Source of the DNA: Eledone cirrhosa
Lineage: Eukaryota
DNA: 64,000 bases
Direction: 5' to 3'
NCBI GenBank assembly: GCA_964016885.1
Contig: OZ024743.1
Location: forward strand, 212,660,001 to 212,724,000
Shown piece after piece: positions 26,811 to 37,652 of the stretch. Position numbers and translations under genes: made by a program. Within the stretch, counting starts at the first letter, position 1, and each line of letters opens with the position of its first letter. The notes beneath the pieces are model-generated. The model had not been told where the DNA came from and ran no database searches. It worked only from the letters and a program-made list of their open reading frames with translations.

Positions 26811-27527
26811 GTTTCCCTGGTCGCAGTTAGTAGCGATGTGGCCTGGTCGCTTACACCGGTAGCAAATTATCTCCGGCTTCGACTCTCTACAGTCTCTAGC
26901 CATGTGCGGGCCCTGGCACCGAAAACAGCGCCCCTTAAACGCACGCGGACGGCCGCGTGCCGAGGTTGCCTCCCTTTCACCATTTCGCTGCCATGTGTCC
27001 TGAGCCTCCGTAGTTGCCATCGCCGCAACACTCTTTTTGGCATCTTCCGCTATGATCCGGGCTTGTTCCACCAGTGAACGCATTTCCATCTCTTTATAAC
27101 CCGGGACTTGCTGCAGTTTCACCGCTATGTCGTCCGGAAATCCATTGATGAACGCCAACCGCACCGTGCGTTCGCATTCCGCCTGGTAACCGGCTAACAT
27201 AGCCAACCGCCGTATTTCCGCTGCGAAAATGTCGACGCGCTCACCATTCCACCTGATTCTCGCCAGCTTAGCAAAAGCCGCCAACGGTCCCTCGGCGAAT
27301 GCATCCATCAGACGCCTCTCAATCTTCTGCACATCTCTTTGGCTGTGCTCGTCCAACTCAAGGAAGAATACCAGCGCGTCGCCCTCGAGGTACAATGCCA
27401 TGAGGCCGGCCACGTCCTCTATCTTCTGCAAGCTTGCGACCAGCCGAACCTTCCGCAGCCAAGCGACAACGTCACCTTCCCCGGTGAATGCCCTGATAGC
27501 TTCGTTCATCCGTAGTCTTGTCGCCAT
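26766..27527 (-). CDS. gag: Gypsy Gag with two CCHC zinc knuckles
   Basis: 253-aa ORF containing CFRCQGPHMARDC and CYRCKRPGHIATNC. Confidence 0.92.
   Translation of the reverse strand: MATRLRMNEAIRAFTGEGDVVAWLRKVRLVASLQKIEDVAGLMALYLEGDALVFFLELDEHSQRDVQKIERRLMDAFAEGPLAAFAKLARIRWNGERVDIFAAEIRRLAMLAGYQAECERTVRLAFINGFPDDIAVKLQQVPGYKEMEMRSLVEQARIIAEDAKKSVAAMATTEAQDTWQRNGEREATSARGRPRAFKGRCFRCQGPHMARDCRESKPEIICYRCKRPGHIATNCDQGNDPRGTTAPVVALYE
26775..26817 (-). promoter_or_regulatory. Putative -1 ribosomal frameshift signal (gag-pol)
   Basis: Slippery heptamer G GGA AAC in the gag frame, 5-nt spacer, then hairpin AAGGG-G-AACTACT/GGTAGTT-G-CCCTT. The -1 frame is open into the protease. Confidence 0.8.
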
Positions 27528-27582
27528 CTTCTGATCTGTCTTGCGGCAAGTGTTTTTTTTTTTTGTTTTTTTTTTTCCAGTC

Positions 27583-27594
27583 GCCGAAATAGCT
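27583..27594 (-). promoter_or_regulatory. Non-canonical primer-binding site complementary to tRNA-Phe nt 1-12
   Basis: AGCTATTTCGGC directly follows the 5' LTR. Its complement GCCGAAATAGCT is the 5' end of metazoan tRNA-Phe(GAA) as I recall it. Confidence 0.7.
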
Positions 27595-27896
27595 TGTAGT
27601 TAGAAAAAGCTATCTCACTTACCGCTTTTCACAGGCGCCGCTAAATTCCACTGCAGGTTACTCCTCTTCCACGTGCGTCCAACTGCTTAACACCGGGAGC
27701 TGCCCAAAACTCGCGTCCACGCCGTGTGCTGGTCACCACTAGAGAGAGACCTCTGCTGGCCCTCCGGTCGAGAATCCTTCCGGCCAAAAGGCCCTTCCGG
27801 TCGAGCGCTCCCCCGCCTCAGGCCACCGCACGCCACACACCCTTCCGTTCGAGCACTCCCCCGCATCCGGCCACCGCACGCCACACCATACCCACA
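27595..27896 (-). repeat. 5' LTR of Gypsy element
   Basis: Matches 23625-23927 with roughly 10 differences by eye; contains internal ~51-bp tandem subrepeats. Confidence 0.95.
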
Positions 27897-30800
27897 TACG
27901 AAAAACAATAACATCTCGACAACTACACTTCATAAAAGAATGTGCCTCGTCCCGAGTTTACACCAACACCATCAACACCGATGTAAGAAGATTACAGCTC
28001 ACCAAAAAGCAAGCAGATAGGCTAAAACGAACACTAATTCTAAACATAAAAAAAAGATTCATAGAGAATTAAGTCATCAAGAAAAACATAAGCGTAACCT
28101 AATACAAGATATAACTAAGATCACCACACCAAGAGAAAAACTCATATTTATAAACCTTATATGTCCTGCAGAACAGTACATTGTTCAAGAATGTGACAAG
28201 CACTTTAAAAAGAAACTAAAGTGGCTCAAACAGATAAAACTAAATCAAGATACTTTAGAGAATATCAATAGATATCCCGACAAAATTGACGGTATAAATA
28301 TGGCCGACATCTCATTAACAGATGAATTCAACAACAACAACACAAATATATACGGCAACACTACGGTCGACTCTGATGAATTATTCTGTATTACAACTGC
28401 CGCCTAAGTATGCCACATTTAATAAGGTAAATATGATTAAATGCTTATCAGAAATAGAAAAATCATTTACAAAATTACGTTGGAGCCTCAAAAACAAAAA
28501 ACAAAAACAAAAGTAACAACATACGCACACACACACATATACAACACACATCGCAACAACAACAGACACACAGACACAAACAACAATAACAACAACACAC
28601 ACATCAACAATAATAACATACTCAGAAACAACAACAACAGACACGCAGACACAAACAACAATAACAATACACAGCAATAATAACATACACGCAGACAACA
28701 ACAACAACACACATCAACAACAGCTCACATCAACAACAACAACAACAACACACACACATTCAATGCCTTTCACCACCACCACAATCTTAACAAACACACA
28801 GACACAGAAAACAGGGAATGACAGTAGCACAGAAATAAGGGAAGATAATAGGATTGAAATGAGAAGGGAGACTATGGACAGAGAAAATAACCAAGACGAA
28901 CACACAGACACACAAAATAGAGTAGATAATAACAATGAGCCAGAGGAAAGAGGCAGGAGTAATAATGAGAGACATAGAAACAACCATGAGGCTGTTGGTG
29001 GAAATAGAAATATAAACAACACAACTAACAATAACAATAGCACTAGTACACATAAAGCAGCAGCCTGGAACTCTACTTTTTATAATCCCTCCGATAAGTC
29101 GTTCGACCTGCGACGAGTCCACGCCAAAACATTAGCTTTTAACAAACGCACGCAATTGCCGTCGCAGGTTGATGAACAAACAGAAGCACAATTTAGTATA
29201 GCTAGATCTAAACTTAAAAATATTATAGAACAGTATAGCAAGAAGCATAATAGAATGGAGGCCCAGCAACTGGGAGAAAAATCTGCAAATGGCTTGCGTA
29301 AGCTCATGCAGCGCTCGCGTAATGGAGAGATAGCATGCTTTCCAACAGACACGTCTGGCAGAATGTCGGTTGACAGTCTGCCAAACTACATCCAAGCAGT
29401 GCAACCCCACATCACTAACACAAGAGAAGTAACACTACAAGAGCATGAGGATAGAGAAAAAGCCCTCAATGCCCATATGATGATGTGGACAAATATAATG
29501 CAGCCCAACAAAAGGACTGCCAACAACTTCCAGGCCTGGAACAACGACGTGCCAGCGTTGTATGGGCTTCGAAAAGACCATAAAACGAGCAGTGACCCAG
29601 TCACAGGACCACCAACACGGCCAGTCTGTGGAGCTAACATTGCTAGTAACTACAGACTGTCCTACTTCCTCTCCCTGATCTACGCCCCATCATTGAAATG
29701 TCCCCAGATGTATGTGACAGCACGGAGGACATACTCAGCAGAATCGGCGAGAGTAACCGATCTAGGGACCTAACAAACTGCATAATAGGTAGTATGGATG
29801 TTGTGTCCCTGTATTCATCTATTGACGTGGATTTTGCTGTGGAGAAATACGTAGAAATGATCAGTGAGAGCAATGTTGAATTCCGTGGGATTGATACCAG
29901 TGAGCTGGGACTTCTACTTAAACTTACCTATAGTAATAATTATCTAGACACATATGACCTTAGCAACCTGTGCCCTACAAGACCAGCAAGAGGCAGACAA
30001 CCTACCATTACCTCAATGGCCAAGAAAACCCACACAGATAGATGGAACGGGTGGACCAGAGCCATACGGACCCCCGAAAACCACGATGAACTAAAGAAAA
30101 TGATTGCACATGCGGTGGGGGCCAGCATAAAATTAACCCTTAAGAAACATATGTTCAAATTTAATGGAAAAACATATGCCCAAGAGGAGGGAGCAGCCAT
30201 TGGTGTTAGCATTGCAGGCGACATAGCTAACCTATCCATGGTATGGTGGGACAGTAGACTTAAACTTAAACTTAAAGAACAATTAGAAGACCCCTTAACC
30301 CTGATTATGTACTCCCGCTACGTTGATGATATAAACATCGTAGTTAAAACACCCCACTAGAGAACAGTCAGGAATTAGAGAAAAACACAATGGAAAGCAT
30401 CCAGCAAATAGCTAACTCCATCCACCAGAGTATTAGAGTTACTATAGACTACCAAAGCAAACACCCAACCATCGATTACCTGTACTAGACACAGAGCTCT
30501 GGTTAGATACCATTAATAACAAAAAACAAATCCCCCATTCCTATTATGCCAAACCCATGACTTCCAAATATCTGATCCACCGAAACTCAGCTGTTTCGGA
30601 CCATACCAAAATCAACATACTGATTGCGGATTTGGTACGGGTGATGAGAAACGTGTCCCGCATGTGCAACCCCGAAGAACTAGAGAGACACATACAACAC
30701 TTCATCCACCGTATGCAGTTATCTGGTTACAATCAGAGAGATAAAATCAGAGTGTATAGAGGAGCCAGAACCAAATGGGAAAAAATGGTAAATAATGATA

Positions 30801-31366
30801 CAAATGGGACCTGCCCCTTGTATAGGAGAAAATTTTGGAATAGAATAGAAAGAACTAGGAATAAGGCTAATAGAATAAACTCATGGTATGATAGCAGTAA
30901 ATACCAGAGTGTAATGTTCATCGATACAACCCCTAGAGGTGAATTAGCTTACAAATTTAGAAGGGCCCTAGATAAACATAAACTCAATATTAAGATAGTA
31001 GAAAGACCAGGTACCTCCATAAAAACACTTATTAGCAAGACATAACCTTTTCAAAGATCTCCCTGTATAGATAAGAAATGTATAATCTGTAAATTAAGCC
31101 CCCATATTAACTGTAAAACTAGAAATGTAGTATATAGCATAAGATGTACTGAAGGCCAATATAGAGATAAAAATATAGTGTACATAAGTGAGACAGCTCG
31201 TAGTATAGGGGAACAGATAAATGAACACTGGCGAGACCTTCAAGATAGTAAAGAATCATCTGTACAGACATACTTACATATTTGCCTAGTTGATGTCTAA
31301 ATTCCAATGGAAGAGTCTTGTGTCTATGTTAAAATACAGCTCTCTTTATTGGTAAAACATTAGAAA

Positions 31367-31748
31367 ATAATTGTTTCTACTTTAGGCACAAGGCCAGCAA
31401 TCACCCAGTGCATTACTGGTACTTTATTTTTTCGACCCCGTAAGGATGAAAGGCAAAGTCAACCTCGGCGGGATTTGAACTCAGATAGTAAAGGGACGTA
31501 ACTATGCTGGAAAGCATGGCGTCCGACCCTCTACCGATACTGCCAATCCACCGCCCCAAATAATTGTTTCTACTATTGGCACAAGGCCAGCAATTACTCA
31601 GTACATTACTGGTACTTTATTTTATCGACCTCGTAAGGATGAAAGGCAAAGTTAACCTCGGCGAGATTTGAACACAGAATGGCAAGGGCTGTAACTCTAT
31701 GCGTCAAAGCATGGTGTCCGACACTCTTCCGATACTGCCAATCCACCG
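31367..31748 (-). mobile_element. Head-to-tail pair of family A SINEs
   Basis: Two full ~190-bp copies, each with A/B boxes and TAGAAACAATTA tail. Confidence 0.85.
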
Positions 31749-31781
31749 ATACCAGAACATATATAAATACATACATACATA

Positions 31782-32773
31782 CAGTGGCGGACTGGGTCTA
31801 AAAATATTGGTTGCCAGGAGAAAAACGGGGTCCACCTACATACAGAATGCTATCATTTAATTTTTATAATGAATAAATAAAATTTTCGAAAAATACATAA
31901 GTGGAAACAAAACAGTGCAATCAAATTTTTGCGAGAAAATATCTTATCTTCTCCAATAAAAAATATTATGTATTTTGAGAAATCCAGAGACTTTCAATAA
32001 TGACCACTAATAGTTCTAGGAAAGCCATGAACGACACCACATCTTTTTAACTTTGATTTTGAAAGTAGGCTTATAATTATCAATTTTCATTATACTTTTG
32101 TAGCTGTCTCGGTGGTCTAGTGGGAGGAATCATAGACATTGGTGATCTTGGTCTGAAGTTCGATCCTGGTCGGGAGTAGGGTTCCCGGTAAACTTTTTCA
32201 GTTTTTTCCTATTGGTTGTAAAATAAAAACTGAAAAAGTTATATGTACCTTTTGGCCAGGATTGAACCCAAGGCCAGGATCTCCACCGTCTCTAGTACCT
32301 ACCGCTAGGCCACAGAGACAACTCCGAAAAATCTACTGAAAATTCATACTTATAAACCTACTTACAAAATTTTCAAAACAAAGTCTCGTGGTGTCGTTCC
32401 TGTCTTTCTTAATGTTATTGCTCCTACTTAAGGTCGACTTCTAAATCACTTGGGTGTTCCATAAACTACATCCTCATTTATTTTCTCATCTATCTAGACT
32501 ACATTTTAACCCGCAATCCATGTTTCATTTCTGTTCCACCTCATTTCTCCCCCTCCTTGGCTGACCAAATGCTTTGCTTAATTGTTTTATTTATTTAAAA
32601 TTTTTTTTTATTCTTTCTCTTAGATTTCAGGTATTTTTTGAAAGCAAAGCATTGGCCGCTAAAATACCACAGTGAGCCCGGCAATGCTACTGTGGGCTCT
32701 TGCAATGCTACTGTGGGACCCCTGGGGCCCACTTGCCATTGGGCAACCTGGCAACCTGGCCAGTCCACCACTA
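31782..32773. mobile_element. hAT-type non-autonomous element with internal palindrome
   Basis: TIRs CAGTGGCGGACTGG / CCAGTCCACCACTA; flanks CATACATA / CATACACA. Confidence 0.7.
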
Positions 32774-32913
32774 CATACACACATACATGCATACGTACAC
32801 TGCCGGTCTTCCACAAACAGCCTTGCCCGGACTTGTGCCGCGGAGGGAAACTTTCTAGGTGAAAATCCCACGGTCATACGTGATCAAATGGGGGGGGGGG
32901 TTTATTTATTTGT

Positions 32914-32948
<35 letters not shown>

Positions 32949-33443
32949 TTCCTTAGTTTCTCTCAAGCGCCAATATCCTTATAATATTCTCATCTCTTCT
33001 TCCATTCACAGCCGAAACCAATCCATAACTTGAGCGAACCAGACCTTGAAGAGGCCAAACGTATCGGATTTCTGGAAGGTAGGAAGACTAAAACACGCAA
33101 ATATACACACTCATGCGCATACGCACGCACACACACATATATATATTAAGAAAAACGATGAAGTTTCGTTAACACGTAGTTTTTTCTAATTGTGTATCGA
33201 CCTGTTACGCACATTTCGCAAGGGTTTGGCTCAACGTCACTCATATTTTTTGTTGAATCACCAGCCTGAAAAGAGCAGATCAATATTGACACCGGGTCCA
33301 CAATTTCTATGGGTGACCTTAATTGTCGATACACAATAAACTAACTATGAAACTTCATCGTTTTTCCTAATACATGCGCTCTGCCTGTACATAGATGCCT
33401 CATTTTATTACCATCTCCAATAGTTCACTGAATCACATACACG

Positions 33444-33540
<97 letters not shown>

Positions 33541-33587
33541 GTATATATATATATATATATATTATATGTATATATATAATATATCAT

Positions 33588-33899
33588 TATCTATAAAAGG
33601 CAGATTGTTGTTGTTGTGAGTGTGTGCATGTTCCATGTTTATACATTTGCACAATTTCAAACTGATTCGGCTTAAAGTCTGTAAGAATGTTGTAAATGGT
33701 CTAACGTAGGTCATCGACTATTTATTTCATTCACACTCAGCCACAATTACGGAAATAATCGATAAAACTAAATACATGACGCTTTACCCCTCTAATACAA
33801 TCAGATTTTCCTCTCTCACTCCCCTTAAACTTTAAGAGAGAGAGAGAGAGAGAGTGTGTGTGAGAGAGAGAGAGAGTGTGTGTGAGAGAGAGAGAGAGA

Positions 33900-33954
<55 letters not shown>

Positions 33955-34635
33955 TTTGTTTTTGAGTGTGGAACGGTCAAACATTTATTTACTTCAATGA
34001 CAAAGAGAACTTATTACATTTCATACGAAACACCAATTATTCAAAAGCAACAGATAAATTTATTCAACAACAAAAAAATAGCGATAAATCTTTTTAAAAA
34101 CATCTATCAACGAATGTGGAAAAAAGAAGTATCAGTTCAATTACTATACACAATAATATGCTCTATGTGGTCACTAAACCTGCTAGAAACAGCAGCTAAC
34201 TCTCCCCCATATCACACCACTCCCTACTGTCTTAAATTTAGAAAACATATCCTCTATGAGGTTACTAAACCTGCTAGAAACAGCAGGTAACTCTCCCCCG
34301 TATCACACCCCTCCCTACTGTCTTAAATTTAGAAAACACACATTAGACAACCATGCAGAACAACTCCATCGCAGCTCTGTTGTTCGGCTGGCATCGTCTA
34401 CGCGCGTGTTGCGCAAGTACTGTGAAACAATAAATTTCAACACTTCTTTGCACGGAGATAATATCCATAGGTGAAACTACAATTGTCACTGCTGGCGCAG
34501 TTCCTGCTTCGGCAGTCCAGGTCTGCAATTCATTCACCCAGTGCCTGGCAGACAAAAAGTGCTGCCATAAAATGGGTGGTGCACCCTAACTTTAGTAACT
34601 TACTGACCCCGAACAACGCCGGGCTTTAATGCTAG
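33588..34635 (+). mobile_element. Non-autonomous Helitron-like element
   Basis: 5' TC start; 3' hairpin CCCGAACAACGCCGGG 8 nt before CTAG|T; internal ~89-bp duplication. Confidence 0.65.
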
Positions 34636-34653
34636 TATATATATATATATGTG

Positions 34654-34768
34654 GTATGTTGGTTGAATACTGATGAGTTCTTCCCATTCTGGGGTTCTCG
34701 AAAGGGTGAATGAACTCTGGCGAGAACTCCAAGTTGGGAAGAATTCATCAGTACTCCACCAACATGCC
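34654..34768. repeat. Imperfect palindrome with CTGATGA...GAAA core
   Basis: GTATGTTGG..TACTGATGAGTTCTTCCCA..GTTCTCG / CGAGAAC..TGGGAAGAATTCATCAGTA..CCAACATGC. Confidence 0.7.
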
Positions 34769-34908
34769 AGAATTGGGGCACTCTAGTGTATGTTTGTGTG
34801 TACATATATATATATGTATATATCTACATATACACACACACATTTTTTATATATACATATATATGTATACACACATACACACACTCACACACACACGCAC
34901 ACACACAT

Positions 34909-34983
<75 letters not shown>

Positions 34984-34984
34984 T

Positions 34985-35860
34985 CTGCAATGCTGAGACC
35001 GAGGAGACCACTAATCATGGGAGTACTCGATATATGGGGAGATGCAGAGTGGGTATAGAGGTCATAAGTATTTAAGTATTCATTGTCATATGTAAATAGG
35101 AGGCCCAGTTCATCAGTGTCAACGTCACAGAACTCTACCTCACTCTCACTGATTATTTCCACACATTTTCCTACAGCAAAATCAATGTCAATGAATGGGT
35201 ACAGGGACATTACATCCATACTGCCTTTATGTAGTTTATTAAGTTTTCGTTGTTGTTGCATTCATTGATTCTGATGAGGAGGTCCTCTGTGCTGTCAAAT
35301 ACATTTGGGAACATCTTAATTATGGGGCGTATAATCATAGAGAGGAAGTAGGAGATCCTGTAGTTGCTAGCAATATTGGCTCCGCATACAGGCCTTGTTG
35401 GTGGTCCTGTCATAAGGTCGTTCATTGTTTTATGGTCTTTGCGGAGCCCATACAAGGATGGTATGTCATTGTTAGAGGTTTGGAAACTATTGGCTGTACG
35501 TCTACTTGGTTTTAGGATGTCAGTCCACATCATGTGAACATTGAAGTTCTTTTCTCTTTCTTCATGTGTCTGTGGTGTTGTTTCGCTCGTGTTGATGATA
35601 TGGGGTTGCATAGCCTTGATGTAGTTTGGCATGTTGTCTATTGACATCCTACCGGATTTGTCTGTGGGTAGACACTCTAGCTCACCATCCCTTGTGCGCT
35701 GCATGAGGCTAAGTAAGCCTTCTACAGGTTGTTGAATCACTGGTCTGTTTTGTCTCCTAGTATATTGTTCTACTTCCTGTCTAAGTTTATTTCTAGCTAT
35801 GGTAAACTGTGCCTCTGTTTGTTTAAACTGTGCCTCTGTTTGTTCTGGTATACAAACCCT
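34985..35860 (-). mobile_element. Penelope-like RT fragment related to 29100-30050
   Basis: PTDKSGRMS, LYGLRKDHK, PPTRPVCGANIASNYR, GSMDVMSLY. Confidence 0.88.
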
Positions 35861-35862
35861 TT

Positions 35863-35902
<40 letters not shown>

Positions 35903-35927
35903 TGGAGGTGGGGGTGGGTGTATGTGT

Positions 35928-36600
35928 AGTCACGTTTTCATGTCGTTCCAAGAAATCTTTGTAGAAGGTGTGATCGACTATCTGTCCTTGAGGTAAAACT
36001 TCTTTGTGAACAATACCACGGCTGTCGAAAAAATGAATCATCGTTTTCACCCTGGATCTGCTCATGCATGCTTTCTTCGGACGGGGAGAATTTTTCGTAT
36101 GCCACTTCTCACTTTGTCATTTTGTCTTTGGATCATACTCGAACACCCATCATTCATTTCCTGTTATTGCTTTATCCAAGATTTTTGGCTCAATTTTCAG
36201 TCTTTCTAGCAAATCCTGACACATTTCCAATCTGTTCGCTTTTTGCTCTACAGACAAATGTCTGGGCCTTGGTATTGCATAAAATTTTCGCATGTGCAAA
36301 TAATCCGTTAAAATTCTATGAACTGTATTTATATCCAAGCCCATTTCTTCCGCCACCATCCTAACACTTAATCGGCGATTTTTCGCCATCATCGCTCACA
36401 TCGTACCACATTTTGTTCATTTATTAACTAGTTGGCCTTCCAGAACGAGGTTCTTCTTCAACATTTTCTTGGCCCTCTTTGAAAGCTTTGTGCCACTTAA
36501 AAACCCTTAAAAATCACTTAAAAACCCGTTGTTCGATATTTTCCTGTATCGCAAACGTAGTAGAAGTTACGAACAGGACTGTACATAAATAGCAATAACA
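35928..36600 (-). pseudogene. Mariner transposase fragment
   Basis: RRLSVRMVAEE (HTH), ITGNE*WVFEYDP, SRSRVKTM..FFDSRGIVHKE; frameshifted. Confidence 0.85.
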
Positions 36601-36777
36601 CATGACTGACTGTTGAAACAAGTATGTACGTGCAGCCAAAGTCATAGCGAACACACTTATATACATCAATGTGTGGTACATAGGATAATCCTTATTCTAT
36701 ATTATATATATTATAAGAACAGATTAAAGTTTAAGCAAAGAATCACTGCTTTCACCCTTAACGGGGGGATCATCTAA

Positions 36778-36845
<68 letters not shown>

Positions 36846-36968
36846 GATGTTGGATGCTTAAAGCCTCCGTATGCGGTAGGCCGTATGAGCACTCTATGCT
36901 CTCAGAGAGCAGAGTATGATATCACAGAAAAAAAAGAGAATCAGTGTTGCGACGAATGGAATTTATTG

Positions 36969-37064
36969 GACATATTACAATCGTTTCTCTGCCGATCAGC
37001 TCGAGGCACGATCGATGTGATGATGGAACTTGACTCTGAAAATCGCAAGGTCCTCAGATACGTC
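36969..37064 (-). ncRNA. Type I hammerhead ribozyme with extended domain II
   Basis: GACGTAT-CTGAGGA-...-GAAAC-GATT-GTA-ATATGTC; 7-bp stem I with one G-U; base of stem II imperfect. Confidence 0.7.
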
Positions 37065-37652
37065 TTGATTCTACGAAGCAGATTTTCCTGTCCTTTTACA
37101 TCGATATACTTCGCTTGTCGGCCGACAGAAACAACAACTGATGACAGAAACAACAACTGCACTGACACACAGGACACACACATACATACAGGGAGACATA
37201 CTGACACACACATACACACAGAAACACAGGGACACACACAGACACATATAGACGCACAGACAGACACACTACCTCTTTGTTATTTTCTCATCTATGCTGC
37301 ATACACACACACACTCACACAAACAAACACACATTCTCACACACGAGGAGACACACGCACATTCTCTCTCCCTCACACACACACTCACACCTTTGTTTCT
37401 GTATACTTCAGATACTTTTGATAGACTTCATTTGACTAAAATATCGGAAATAATCGATGACGTCCATCACCCGTGAGTGGTTTTAATCTTTTCACTATTA
37501 TCTCTTTATATGCATCTTTTATCTCCTACCTATTCCTGTCGACAGCTTGAGGTCATGCTGGAGCACTGCTATTGAATATATACAGTTTTTGGCTGTTCAG
37601 TTATAATGGGAAGAAGTGCTGAGTCCATGACACTTTTCAGGGCCTCCAGGTC

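Larger units (their letters stand above)
23625..27896 (-). mobile_element. Full-length Ty3/Gypsy LTR retrotransposon (4.27 kb)
   Basis: Two ~303-bp TG...CA direct LTRs (23625-23927, 27595-27896). 5-bp TSD TACGA (23620-23624, 27897-27901). Order gag-PR-RT-RH-IN. Purine tract AGGGGGGCG abuts the 3' LTR. Confidence 0.96.
23250..31285 (+). mobile_element. Penelope-like element interrupted by the Gypsy insertion
   Basis: ORF starts near 23480 and reads through after removing the Gypsy (LR|KTITSRQLHFIKEC). LYGLRKDHK, SMDVVSLY, QEEGAAIG, RYVDD, Cys-rich linker and VVY...YISET GIY-YIG remnant near 31080-31250. Multiple stops and frameshifts. Confidence 0.9.
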
